Of a stretch of 50,569 bases of DNA, positions 1 through 9,068 are shown piece after piece (the stretch's first letter is position 1; each line of letters starts with the position of its first letter). Source of the stretch: an uncultured delta proteobacterium (GTDB taxonomy: Bacteria; Desulfobacterota; Desulfuromonadia; Geobacterales; Pseudopelobacteraceae). The notes beneath the pieces are model-generated. The model searched no databases and was not told the DNA's origin. It worked only from the letters and a program-made list of their open reading frames with translations. The stretch is from contig CAVYYZ010000018.1 in assembly GCA_963772835.1 (NCBI GenBank), positions 1-50,569 on the forward strand. The letters run 5' to 3'. A program made the position numbers and the translations under genes.

Positions 1-21
1 CGAATCCCGTTTCCCGCTCCA
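1..21 (+). tRNA. 3' end of a tRNA, probably tRNA-Gly (partial at the window edge; could also be an att duplicate of it)
   Basis: CGAATCCCGTTTCCCGCTCCA = T-loop remainder, T-stem, acceptor strand TTCCCGC, discriminator T and CCA, typical of tRNA-Gly beginning GCGGGAA. Anticodon not visible. Confidence 0.8.
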
Positions 22-26
22 TTAGA

Positions 27-104
27 AATCAAGGACTTAAGCTTAATTGCTTAAGTCCTTTTTTCATGCCTTTTTTACCCCGAATGTGACGTACTTGTGA
101 AGTA
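27..104 (+). promoter_or_regulatory. att-like signals: IHF consensus site and tandem arm-type repeats
   Basis: AATCAAGGACTTA (27-39) matches WATCAANNNNTTR; TGTGACGTA (85-93) and TGTGAAGTA (96-104) repeat with an 11-bp period. Confidence 0.5.
31..64 (+). terminator. Intrinsic terminator after the tRNA
   Basis: AAGGACTTAAGC-ttaatt-GCTTAAGTCCTT perfect 12-bp stem followed by a T run. Confidence 0.85.
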
Positions 105-140
105 ACCAGAAATTCACTGATTTTATGTCTGTTTATGAAT

Positions 141-238
141 ATTTAGCAACTTTAGCGGTTTTAGCAAATTGAGTGTAGTGGATTTAAATTTGAATTATGA
201 TGTGAGGAAAGCCGGATAATATTGCTAAATTGCCAAAA
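141..238. repeat. 9-bp-period TTTAGC repeats with inverted copies
   Basis: TTTAGCAAC/TTTAGCGGT/TTTAGCAAA at 142-168; TTGCTAAAT (222-230) is the reverse complement of ATTTAGCAA (141-149), followed by TTGCCAAAA. Confidence 0.5.
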
Positions 239-293
239 CTTGTAATAGTATTTCCAGTGTTTAGGCAGCGATAAATCATAAATGAGGATTCCT

Positions 294-854
294 ATGAAAA
301 CCGCCTTACTCATCATTGACATACAAAACGACTACTTCCCCGGCGGTAAGATGGAACTGGTTGGCAGCAGAGAAGCTGCGGCAGCTGCGGCTCGATTGTT
401 GGCCGCTTTCAGAAAACTGGCTTGGTCAATCTTCCATGTTCAGCATGTCGCTGCCCAGCCAAACCCGACCTTCTTTCTGCCGGGAACACCGGGGGCAGAT
501 ATTCATGCCAGCGTTGCCCCAATGCCTGGCGAACCGATCATCACCAAACACTACCCCAGCAGTTTCCGTAACACCGACTTACTGGATCAACTCAGGTCTT
601 CAGGAGTCGATACGCTCTTGATCTGCGGCATGATGAGCCATATGTGTGTAGATACAACCGTGCGGGCCGCATTTGACCTCGGTTTTTCCTGCATCGTTAC
701 CCATGACGCCTGCGCAACCAGAGAGCTGTCGTTTAAAGGCGTCACCGTATCGGCAGAGCAGGTCCATGCCTCTTACATGTCAGCCCTTGGTGCGGTGTTT
801 GCCCAGGTGATGGGAGTTGACGAAATTCTTGAGAACATGCAAGCAACTGCATAG
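294..854 (+). CDS. Isochorismatase-family cysteine hydrolase
   Basis: IIDIQNDYF, ITKHYPSSF, SHMCVDTT (Asp-Lys-Cys triad); GAGGA RBS before ATG 294. Confidence 0.9.
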   Translation: MKTALLIIDIQNDYFPGGKMELVGSREAAAAAARLLAAFRKLAWSIFHVQHVAAQPNPTFFLPGTPGADIHASVAPMPGEPIITKHYPSSFRNTDLLDQLRSSGVDTLLICGMMSHMCVDTTVRAAFDLGFSCIVTHDACATRELSFKGVTVSAEQVHASYMSALGAVFAQVMGVDEILENMQATA

Positions 855-924
855 CAACCCAAGGCCGCAATTTTTACCGGCAGCACTCATATTTCTGGAT
901 ATACATGCTTCAAGGAAACTTTAC

Positions 925-1596
925 ATGAAAGTATATGCAATCAATGGTAGTCCGAGAAAAAGCTGGAATACCGTCATGCTCCTTGAAAATGCCCTGAAAG
1001 GTGCGGCTGCAGAGGGAGCGGAAACAGAGCTGGTCCATCTGTATGACCTGAATTTCAAGGGATGCACCAGCTGTTTTGGCTGCAAACTGAAAGGCGGGAA
1101 AAGTTACGGTACATGCGCCATGCGGGATGAACTCACTCCGGTTCTGGAAAAGCTGGCCGCTGCCGATGCCTTTATCCTGGGTTCGCCGATCTACTTCGGC
1201 ACAGTGACCGGTGAGATGCGTTCTTTCATGGAGCGACTTCTCTTCCAGTATCTGGCCTACACCATACCACCCTGCACACTTTTCGACCGAAAGGTGCCGA
1301 CGGCCTTTATCTACACCATGAACATATCGGCAGAGATGATGAATGAATATCAGTACCCGATTCATTTTGGATCAAACGAAAACTACCTTACCAGGATATT
1401 CGGACAATGCGAAACGCTCTGCTGCAATGAAACCCTTCAGTTTGAGGATTACGACAAGGTGGTGTTCAACTACTTTGACCCGGAAGAACGGAAACAGCGG
1501 CGCATCGACGTATTCCCGGAAGATTGCCGAAAAGCGTCCGAACTGGGGGGCAAACTTGTCATTGGAGCAAGGCAAGCTGCTGCGATTCCATTATGA
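925..1596 (+). CDS. Flavodoxin-like / iron-sulfur flavoprotein (NADPH-dependent FMN reductase family)
   Basis: INGSPRKSWNT, CTSCFGC...C, GSPIYFG; AAGGA RBS before ATG 925. Confidence 0.85.
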   Translation: MKVYAINGSPRKSWNTVMLLENALKGAAAEGAETELVHLYDLNFKGCTSCFGCKLKGGKSYGTCAMRDELTPVLEKLAAADAFILGSPIYFGTVTGEMRSFMERLLFQYLAYTIPPCTLFDRKVPTAFIYTMNISAEMMNEYQYPIHFGSNENYLTRIFGQCETLCCNETLQFEDYDKVVFNYFDPEERKQRRIDVFPEDCRKASELGGKLVIGARQAAAIPL

Positions 1597-1787
1597 GTAC
1601 AGAATCTTCGTCACTGGATAAAATACTGGCAAAAGTCTGCGAACTCTGCCCGGTTTGCCTCCATGCCCGTCACCACCAACAGGGAGTCGTGTTCAACTTT
1701 GTGAAGAGTATTGAGACAGACATCTGCCCTTTCTGTAAGGCGTATGAACGGGTTCACGGCCAGAAAGCCCACGAAAAAAGAGGATAA
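1593..1787 (+). CDS. Small Cys-rich hypothetical protein (64 aa)
   Basis: ATGA overlap with the flavodoxin stop; CELCPVC and CPFC motifs. Confidence 0.7.
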   Translation: MSTESSSLDKILAKVCELCPVCLHARHHQQGVVFNFVKSIETDICPFCKAYERVHGQKAHEKRG

Positions 1788-1789
1788 CA

Positions 1790-1905
1790 ATGTCAACCGC
1801 AACCGTAGTGGCAAAGGTAACTGCTAAAAGTGACGCTGCAGCTCTTGAAGCAGGACTTACTGTAGGTGGTGGTGCCCAAAAGGACGTTTGGCTGAAAAAG
1901 GCCGA
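1790..1905 (+). pseudogene. Chimeric scar: ABM/quinol-monooxygenase-like 5' end joined to a frameshifted putative molybdenum-carrier fragment
   Basis: RBS + MSTATVVAKVTAKSD, then AALEAGLTVGG and, in the -1 frame, WCPKGRLAEKG. Confidence 0.55.
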
Positions 1906-1945
1906 ACGGAAAGGACTGCAGGTAATCCGTGTCGGAGCAGCGAAT

Positions 1946-2473
1946 ATGAATAGATTATTGATATTGTTATGTCTTGTTGCAACCATATCCGGGTGTGCCG
2001 CCAAGGACTGGCGCACCGCGAGCCGTGAATCAGCCGGAATCGCTCCTGATCCGGCAGTAACAAAAGAAGCTGTAGTGCAAGCCTATGCAGCCCCCACATG
2101 GGGATGGCGCGGGTGGTTCGCCGTACATACCTGGATATCGGTGAAACCTGCTAACGAAACTTCATATACTGTGTACGAGTTAATCGGATGGAGACAAAAT
2201 CGAGGTCTTCCACTGATACGTATTGAAAGGGACCTTCCTGACCGCTATTGGTTCGGCGAGCGTCCGCGTCTGCTCAAGGAATTCCGGGGAGACAAAGCTG
2301 AGAAGCTGATTCCAGCCATCAATCAGGCTGCTGGCAGCTACCCATGGCCGGACACCTATAAGGCATTTCCGGGACCGAACAGCAATACCTTTATCGCCTG
2401 GATTGCCATGAAGGTGCCGGGACTGGAACTTGATCTCCCATTCACGGCAATCGGCAGCGGCTATGAAAACTGA
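1946..2473 (+). CDS. DUF3750-like lipoprotein
   Basis: GGAG RBS, MNRLLILLCLVATISGC lipobox, WRTASRESAGIAP, FAVHTWI, PGPNSNTF. Confidence 0.8.
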   Translation: MNRLLILLCLVATISGCAAKDWRTASRESAGIAPDPAVTKEAVVQAYAAPTWGWRGWFAVHTWISVKPANETSYTVYELIGWRQNRGLPLIRIERDLPDRYWFGERPRLLKEFRGDKAEKLIPAINQAAGSYPWPDTYKAFPGPNSNTFIAWIAMKVPGLELDLPFTAIGSGYEN

Positions 2474-2649
2474 TGGGATGGACATATTTGAACGCCTCTT
2501 GCACGGTTACAAATACAGGAATATCCGGAACAGAAAACCCAATTCAGGCTGTCAATCTTCCAGGAAAAGACAACCAGCGATCCGGTATAAATTCGACCAA
2601 CCGGTTGTAGACACAAGGTTACTCACCAGCGCATTGAAAAGGCCACCTT

Positions 2650-3127
2650 TTGGATAACTCTAAAACAATCTTTACCCGCTACGAAAAATTTGTCATCGCC
2701 ATTCTCGCTCTATTTAAATTCACGGTTGTTCTCGATTTCATGGTTCTTTCTCCCCTTGGGGCTAATCATGGTTATGATCTACACTCATCCTGGTTCTACT
2801 CCAATCTGGATCGTAATCTTGATCAATATCATCCTGTACACAGGGATTTCATCACGAATGTTTTCATCTTCGGCACTAATCTCGGGCGTGCCTGATGTGA
2901 AAGACCGGGGAGCATTTATGGGGATAAATTCTTCTATTCAGCAGGTATCAGGAGGCATTGCCGCATTTGTGGCGGGGCTTATCGTTTATCAGCCAGCTAA
3001 AAATGCTCCACTGCGGCACTTTGATACTGTCGGCTATGTCACAGCCTGTACAATGCTCATTACTCTTGGTATGATGTTTTTCATCGACCGGGAGGTCTCA
3101 AGAAAACTTAAAATAGTTCACTTATAA
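2650..3127 (+). pseudogene. MFS transporter with large internal deletion and frame change
   Basis: N-terminal FTVVLDFMVLSPLGA in one frame joins near 2763 to a C-terminal half (DRGAFMGINSSIQQVSGG) in another; far too short for a 12-TM MFS. Confidence 0.75.
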
Positions 3128-3245
3128 ACTATAACAGCTTAATATTGTTACTATCTATATTGTTGTAGTGCATTGAGTATATGGCCATTCTAACACTCGG
3201 GAGTTGGTATTACGTCTCTCCACGAATCTAAAACGAGTCCATTAT

Positions 3246-3950
3246 ATGATTGAATTGAATAACGTAACCAAACGATACGAATCGCTTATAGCTGTTGACG
3301 ATGTATCCTTCTCTGTCAAATCAGGTGAGTGTTTTGCCCTGCTTGGACCCAATGGCGCCGGGAAGACGACTATCGTTAAGATGCTGCTCGACTTTACACG
3401 ACCGACATCGGGAAGTTTGTCCTTAAACGGCATCCCGAGTACTCTGGCAGAATGCCGACAATCAGTCGGTTATCTTGCTGAAAACCACCACATCCCACCA
3501 TCTCTTTCAGGGTGGCACTACCTCCTGCGCTGTGCTGAGTTATTGGATATGAACCGGTCGGAGGCTATAGATCAGTGCAGGCGCATTATTGAGCTGATTG
3601 GTATGCAAGGCCGGGAGAATACAAAGACCGGCACATATTCCAAGGGCATGGTTCAACGGTTTGGATTAGGCGCTGCTCTCATGGGAGATCCAAAACTGTT
3701 GATTCTGGATGAACCCACCTCTGGCTTGGATCCCATCGGCGTCAGGGAGATACGCCAACTCCTTGAGTCGCTTAAAGGTCAAGGCATGACGATCTTCTTA
3801 AATTCACACCTATTGTCAGAAGTTGAAAAAATCTGCGATACCGCAGCAATAATCAATCGTGGCAGGCTCTTGGTAAAAGACACAATTTCAGCCATTGTCA
3901 AAGATGGTGAAACGCTGGAAGATGTGTTTGTCAGACTGGTGAAAGGTTAA
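3246..3950 (+). CDS. ABC transporter ATP-binding protein
   Basis: Walker A GPNGAGKTT, YSKGM signature, LILDEP Walker B, SH switch. Confidence 0.93.
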   Translation: MIELNNVTKRYESLIAVDDVSFSVKSGECFALLGPNGAGKTTIVKMLLDFTRPTSGSLSLNGIPSTLAECRQSVGYLAENHHIPPSLSGWHYLLRCAELLDMNRSEAIDQCRRIIELIGMQGRENTKTGTYSKGMVQRFGLGAALMGDPKLLILDEPTSGLDPIGVREIRQLLESLKGQGMTIFLNSHLLSEVEKICDTAAIINRGRLLVKDTISAIVKDGETLEDVFVRLVKG

Positions 3951-3951
3951 C

Positions 3952-4800
3952 ATGGAAACTTCAAAAGCACTCCCTCCCATTACAAGGATTACTAAATTTA
4001 CGCTCATTGACGAAATGCAGCAGAGAAGTTTTGTCGTCATGTTCGTATTCTGCGCGCTCTGTGTATTTCTTATTCGTGGCTGTTATCAAGGCAATTACAT
4101 TGTGAACGGACAGTCACTTGATGCCGAAACCATTGTCAGAACGTTATCGAAAGCGACCTTCCACGTCATCGGTGCCGGCGTGATGGTCATAACGGCTTTG
4201 CTTTCGATGCGAATATTCAGGCGAGACCGGAATGAGGGTATGCAGTCGTGTATTTTGTCCAAACCGATAGCCCGGTGGCAGTATGTTATGGGTAAGATCC
4301 TTGGATTATGGGTCTTATCAACACTTTTCATGTTCATTTTGCACAGTATTGTCTTCTTGATTACATCAATAAATTTGAAGGTATTCATGCCTGGATACCT
4401 TATGGCCTCTCTGCTCTGTTCTATCAACCTGCTCTTTGTGATTATTGCCGTACTTCTATTATCAGTCCTGATGTCAGATATTATCGCTTTTCTTTGTGTT
4501 CTGGGTGTCGGTATCGTTGGCTTTGTAGCTGATGGCATAGCTGCAGCCAGCCAGAGCCAGATTGCTCAGGCGATAGTGCAGCAATCGGCCGGCCATCCAC
4601 AGTCAGACATAACATGGTGGAAAGTCGTATATGTTTTATGGCCGAAGCTCTTGGGCGTTCAACAGTTGGCGTCTTCATTGATTGAGAGCGAATCAATCCA
4701 TGGATTCGGTCCTGTCTACCCACTCATCAATGTTCTTGTTTACTGCCTTATTCTCGGTGCATTGCTTTTCAAGCGATTTAGGAATGAAGATATTGTCTAG
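3952..4800 (+). CDS. ABC-2-type permease
   Basis: About 6 TM segments, ILSKPIARWQYVMGK motif, adjacent to the ATPase. Confidence 0.85.
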   Translation: METSKALPPITRITKFTLIDEMQQRSFVVMFVFCALCVFLIRGCYQGNYIVNGQSLDAETIVRTLSKATFHVIGAGVMVITALLSMRIFRRDRNEGMQSCILSKPIARWQYVMGKILGLWVLSTLFMFILHSIVFLITSINLKVFMPGYLMASLLCSINLLFVIIAVLLLSVLMSDIIAFLCVLGVGIVGFVADGIAAASQSQIAQAIVQQSAGHPQSDITWWKVVYVLWPKLLGVQQLASSLIESESIHGFGPVYPLINVLVYCLILGALLFKRFRNEDIV

Positions 4801-4885
4801 ATTTATGGGGTGAGTGATGAGTGACATATCGGCAGACTCTTAGTAACCGGCCGGTGGTAAGTTGGACCTCAAGGAGATTCAGTTA

Positions 4886-5581
4886 ATGCTACAGATTCAC
4901 AGCGAATCCCACAGGTCAGATAGAATAGGTTGGCTTCGAGCAGCAGTTCTTGGCGCTAACGACGGAACAATTTCGGTAGCAAGTCTCGTCGTTGGAGTTG
5001 CCGTTTCCGGAGCAACACAAAATAGCATTCTTCTCACTGGTATAGCCGGTCTTGTCGCTGGAGCGATGTCAATGGCTGCCGGCGAGTATGTCTCGGTTCA
5101 ATCGCAGGCAGATACTGAACATGCTGATATTGAGAGAGAAAAACTTGAACTTGAACTTGAACCGGAACACGAACTAAATGAACTCACCTCAATTTATGTG
5201 AGCCGGGGTCTCGGCCACCCTTTGGCCCGCCTGGTTGCAGAAAAGCTGATGTCCGGTGATGCTCTTGGAGCTCACGCCAGAGACGAACTTGGCATTACGG
5301 AAACGTTACGGGCTCGACCGCTTCAGGCAGCTCTTGCATCTGCAATTGCTTTTGTTGTAGGTGCAATAGTTCCAATCCTTGCTGTATTACTCGCTCCAAA
5401 AGCCTTGGTTACTGAGGTTTCATTTGCAACCGCACTGATTACTCTCGCCATTTTGGGGGCTACAGCAGCATACGCCGGTGGTGCTCCCATTGCTAAAGGT
5501 GCTCTTCGTGTTGCATTCTGGGGTGTGCTCGCAATGGGACTAACTGCCGGAGTCGGCAAGTTCTTTGGCGCAGTTATTTGA
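4886..5581 (+). CDS. VIT1/CCC1 family Fe/Mn transporter
   Basis: WLRAAVLGANDG, GAMSMAAGEYVSV, HARDELG; AAGGAG RBS. Confidence 0.92.
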   Translation: MLQIHSESHRSDRIGWLRAAVLGANDGTISVASLVVGVAVSGATQNSILLTGIAGLVAGAMSMAAGEYVSVQSQADTEHADIEREKLELELEPEHELNELTSIYVSRGLGHPLARLVAEKLMSGDALGAHARDELGITETLRARPLQAALASAIAFVVGAIVPILAVLLAPKALVTEVSFATALITLAILGATAAYAGGAPIAKGALRVAFWGVLAMGLTAGVGKFFGAVI

Positions 5582-5868
5582 GTGCCCGATACAATCACCT
5601 GATGATGCCAGAAATGGTATACCGGCCCTAATATGGTAAGCCAGGAAAAGTATTTTTTTCAAGGCGCCTATCCATAGTCAACCTTACTTCTGAGTCCCGG
5701 ACGAAGAGAGCCGCGCTGGTTTTGGAATAGTCGTCGGATTGGCTATGGGACTGGCAGTTACCCTTGCTATCGGTATTGACATGATCGGTCTTTTCTGTTG
5801 AAACGCTTCATATAAGCAATAAAAGCTGTAAACCAAATCCTTCATTTGATTTTAAGGCGATTCACCAT

Positions 5869-6987
5869 ATGATTGACCAAAATAGACTCTTCAATACTTT
5901 CATGGAACTCTGCACCATAGATTCAGAACCAACATGTGAACGACTCATGGCTGACCGGCTGACGGAGATACTGACATCATTTGGTTTCGTTGTTTCGGAA
6001 GATGATACCGGAAAGAAAATCGGTGGAAGTGCCGGAAACCTTTACGCCCGCCTGGAAGGTACCGCTGCCGGCGAAGCGTTACTCTTCTCCTGTCATATGG
6101 ACCGGGTTGTACCTGGTGTTAATGTCAAGCCCCGTATTGAAGGGGATTATATTGTCAGCGATGGTACTACAGTGCTCGGAGCTGACGACGCTTCAGGTTT
6201 GGCCGCTCTGATAGAGGGGATCACGGTAATCAAGCAAAACGGGAAAGATCATCCGGCTATTGAGCTGGTACTGACTGTCGCAGAAGAGTTGTCTCTGGTC
6301 GGTTCCAAACATTTCGACACAACTCAGGTCACCTCACGGATCGGTTTTGTTCTGGATGCTGGCGGGAATGTAGGGGAAATCGTACTTCAAGCACCGGAGC
6401 ACATTAAATTTACAGCTGTGTTTCATGGAGTCAGCGCACACGCCGGTTTTGCTCCGGAGCAGGGAATTTCGGCGATACAGATCGCGGCAACGGCCATCAG
6501 CCGGATGGGATTATTACGTATTGACTCAGAAACAACTGCCAATATCGGCAGCATCTCTGCGATCGGCCCGACCAATATCGTTCAAAAAAAATGTGAACTG
6601 CAAGGCGAAGTCCGATCACTGGTCCCGTCAAAAGTTCAGTCCCATATGGCAACGTTGACAGACGTTATGCAGGCTGCTGCTGCCGAATACGGAGGGTCGG
6701 CAGCTATCGAGACTGTGACATCCTACCAGGCATACCAGTTGCGGGAGGAAAGCGAACCGGTATGCAGGGCGGCTCGGGCAGCTGCCGCTATAAGGGTGCC
6801 AGTCTGCTATAAAGCAACCGGTGGCGGATCTGATGCTAATTATTTCAATAGCCGGGGTTTACCGACAGTGGTGCTCAGTTGCGGTTATGAGAAGGTTCAT
6901 ACATCAGCGGAGCGGATCCCTTTGGAGCAACTGGTTCTGCTGACGGAATGGGTACTCGCTATTATCGATGACGGGGTAGAAGTATGA
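5869..6987 (+). CDS. M20 family metallopeptidase (peptidase T-like)
   Basis: SCHMDRV, LGADD, VAEE, GGGSDAN, HT metal-ligand motifs. Confidence 0.9.
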   Translation: MIDQNRLFNTFMELCTIDSEPTCERLMADRLTEILTSFGFVVSEDDTGKKIGGSAGNLYARLEGTAAGEALLFSCHMDRVVPGVNVKPRIEGDYIVSDGTTVLGADDASGLAALIEGITVIKQNGKDHPAIELVLTVAEELSLVGSKHFDTTQVTSRIGFVLDAGGNVGEIVLQAPEHIKFTAVFHGVSAHAGFAPEQGISAIQIAATAISRMGLLRIDSETTANIGSISAIGPTNIVQKKCELQGEVRSLVPSKVQSHMATLTDVMQAAAAEYGGSAAIETVTSYQAYQLREESEPVCRAARAAAAIRVPVCYKATGGGSDANYFNSRGLPTVVLSCGYEKVHTSAERIPLEQLVLLTEWVLAIIDDGVEV

Positions 6988-7318
6988 GCCTCCAGGCGGC
7001 ACTGTTTTAGTTCTCAAATAGTTACAGTTCTGGTTGATATAATGTAATTTTAACCTCAGAACTATAGTTTACGTCCTTTTTCTTTGCATGCACCCTCTTG
7101 TACAACCTCAAACGATCCCTGCCAAATAGCGTACACACTCCACGCTGCACGTATAGACGCGCCACTGCGAATGTCGGGTGGTATTATCCGCGGCTAGTGG
7201 GCCAGGATTAAATACGTTTATTGTTTTGAGTTACTATGGTATGAAAATCCACAATTTACCGGAACATTACCGGACAAATATATGAAGAGCGGACCAATAA
7301 GAACGATCGAGGTAACAT

Positions 7319-8209
7319 ATGACGAACACAATCGCGTTTCAGCGGGTAACAGCGACCCTCCCGAATGGCCATGACATATTCGATATTTTTCTGATCAATG
7401 CTGATGGAACAGGTTTGATTCAAATCACTCACCACGCCGCAGGAAAAGAATTTGACAGTGTTTCTCCGGTTTTTTCGCCGGACGGCACACAAATAGTCTT
7501 CGCAACTATGCGAAACCGTGAAGATCCGGGAAATAACAATACCTCTGAGATTTATCGAATGGCAAAAGACGGTAGCAATGTAACTCGCCTTACGAATGAC
7601 AGCGATTACGACTCATCTCCATGTTGGTCGGCGGATGGAACGAAGATTCTCTTTGCTGGAGAACGGCCAGAGGCCAGGCTTTTTACAATGTCATCAACTG
7701 ATGGCAGTTCGATTTCCGAGGTCCCAACGGCGGGGGAGGGGCTTGAGGAGTGGTCACCACGTTATTCTCCCGATGGAACCAGGATCACATTTATACGCGA
7801 CTTCGGCGGCGGAAGACGCGCCGTATTCGTTGCACACTCTGATGGCAGTAACGCCCGGAATCTCACCACATCGCCATGTCTTTGTTCTGGCCCCTATTGG
7901 TCGCCAGATGGGCAGAAGATTGTATATGCCAGCGACCACCACAATCCACTCTCCAACGAGCTTGAAATCTATTTGATGGACGCAGGGGATATTGATGGGG
8001 ATGGAGAGGGTGATCATCGAGCGCGTTTAACGAATTTTTGCCCTTTAGCCATGTCGGAAATGCCAGTATTTTCTCCTGATGGAACTCGAATAGCTTACAG
8101 CAATAACTCGTCTGGGAAGTTCGATATTTATTTCATGGATTCCGATGGAGCGAATAAAGCCTTGTTTGTCAATTATGGCGAGAACTGTTTTGTGACAGAC
8201 TGGAAGTAA
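7319..8209 (+). CDS. TolB-like beta-propeller (PD40 repeats)
   Basis: Repeated P-x-(F/W/Y)-S-(P/A)-D-G motifs; no signal peptide evident. Confidence 0.85.
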   Translation: MTNTIAFQRVTATLPNGHDIFDIFLINADGTGLIQITHHAAGKEFDSVSPVFSPDGTQIVFATMRNREDPGNNNTSEIYRMAKDGSNVTRLTNDSDYDSSPCWSADGTKILFAGERPEARLFTMSSTDGSSISEVPTAGEGLEEWSPRYSPDGTRITFIRDFGGGRRAVFVAHSDGSNARNLTTSPCLCSGPYWSPDGQKIVYASDHHNPLSNELEIYLMDAGDIDGDGEGDHRARLTNFCPLAMSEMPVFSPDGTRIAYSNNSSGKFDIYFMDSDGANKALFVNYGENCFVTDWK

Positions 8210-8462
8210 GTCGATTTCCGTGTGTAAGGCCTAAGCGAAGTCCCGAATGCAAAGGAAGTGTCTAAGGGGATGCCCATAAAATCATAAGGGAAGAAATGGG
8301 ACATTCACCGCTTTACTCTTTAATAGGGGGGTGTCTCTATTTATTTCCCTGAAAAAAATCGGCGAGAGCACTAAATATCCAACCAGAAAGTTAGACCCGC
8401 AAAAACCCGAAACTTGTGGGACAACTTTATGCCCGTTGTACATAATAAGGAGAAAATTAGTA

Positions 8463-8960
8463 ATGATGACACGCAGGAAATCAATCAGAATATTTACTGC
8501 TTTTATTTTGGCCCTGTTGTTTGTGGCTCCGGCGTTTGCGGAGGAACCACAAACAATTCAGGAATGGCATGGTGGCCCGCATATTGGTTTCAGCCTGTAT
8601 ACCGGAATCATTGGTGCTGAAATCCAAAAAGGGCATTATGGTGTTACGCTGGGAATCCCTACATGCATCGGGTTTAAATATTATCCGGATGAAAGGGGTT
8701 ACCGCTGGTTTTTTGGGATCCACGCCATGCGTTTCAGCCTTGACGAGCAGAAAGCAGTCGGCAATATCCCCTACAATGAGTCAATCAATACATATGCCGG
8801 AGCTGGATTTGGCTATAGATGGCGGTGGTGGGATCATCTTGACCTGACTCTCAGCCTCTCGGCAACATTCGAACAGGAAAAACTAACCGGGCTTTATGGA
8901 AACAGAACCGATAACATTCTATCTGCACTTCCCGGCCTTACCATCGGCGGTACTTTTTGA
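8463..8960 (+). CDS. Hypothetical exported, probable small outer-membrane beta-barrel protein
   Basis: AAGGAG RBS, signal peptide ending AFA, alternating aromatic strands, C-terminal Phe. Confidence 0.65.
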   Translation: MMTRRKSIRIFTAFILALLFVAPAFAEEPQTIQEWHGGPHIGFSLYTGIIGAEIQKGHYGVTLGIPTCIGFKYYPDERGYRWFFGIHAMRFSLDEQKAVGNIPYNESINTYAGAGFGYRWRWWDHLDLTLSLSATFEQEKLTGLYGNRTDNILSALPGLTIGGTF

Positions 8961-9068
8961 AAAATACCCGGTTAAAACGCCACCATGCCCACTCTAAATT
9001 TAAAGTACACAAGTGAATGCAATCATGGATGAATTTATGTGCGGGCGGTTTTCCCCGGTATCTGACCT

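Noticed and set aside
4843..4870. GTTGGAC just upstream of the VIT1 RBS as a cassette boundary
   Set aside because: Only a 7-bp core match; no R'' box or paired stem found around it or after the gene.
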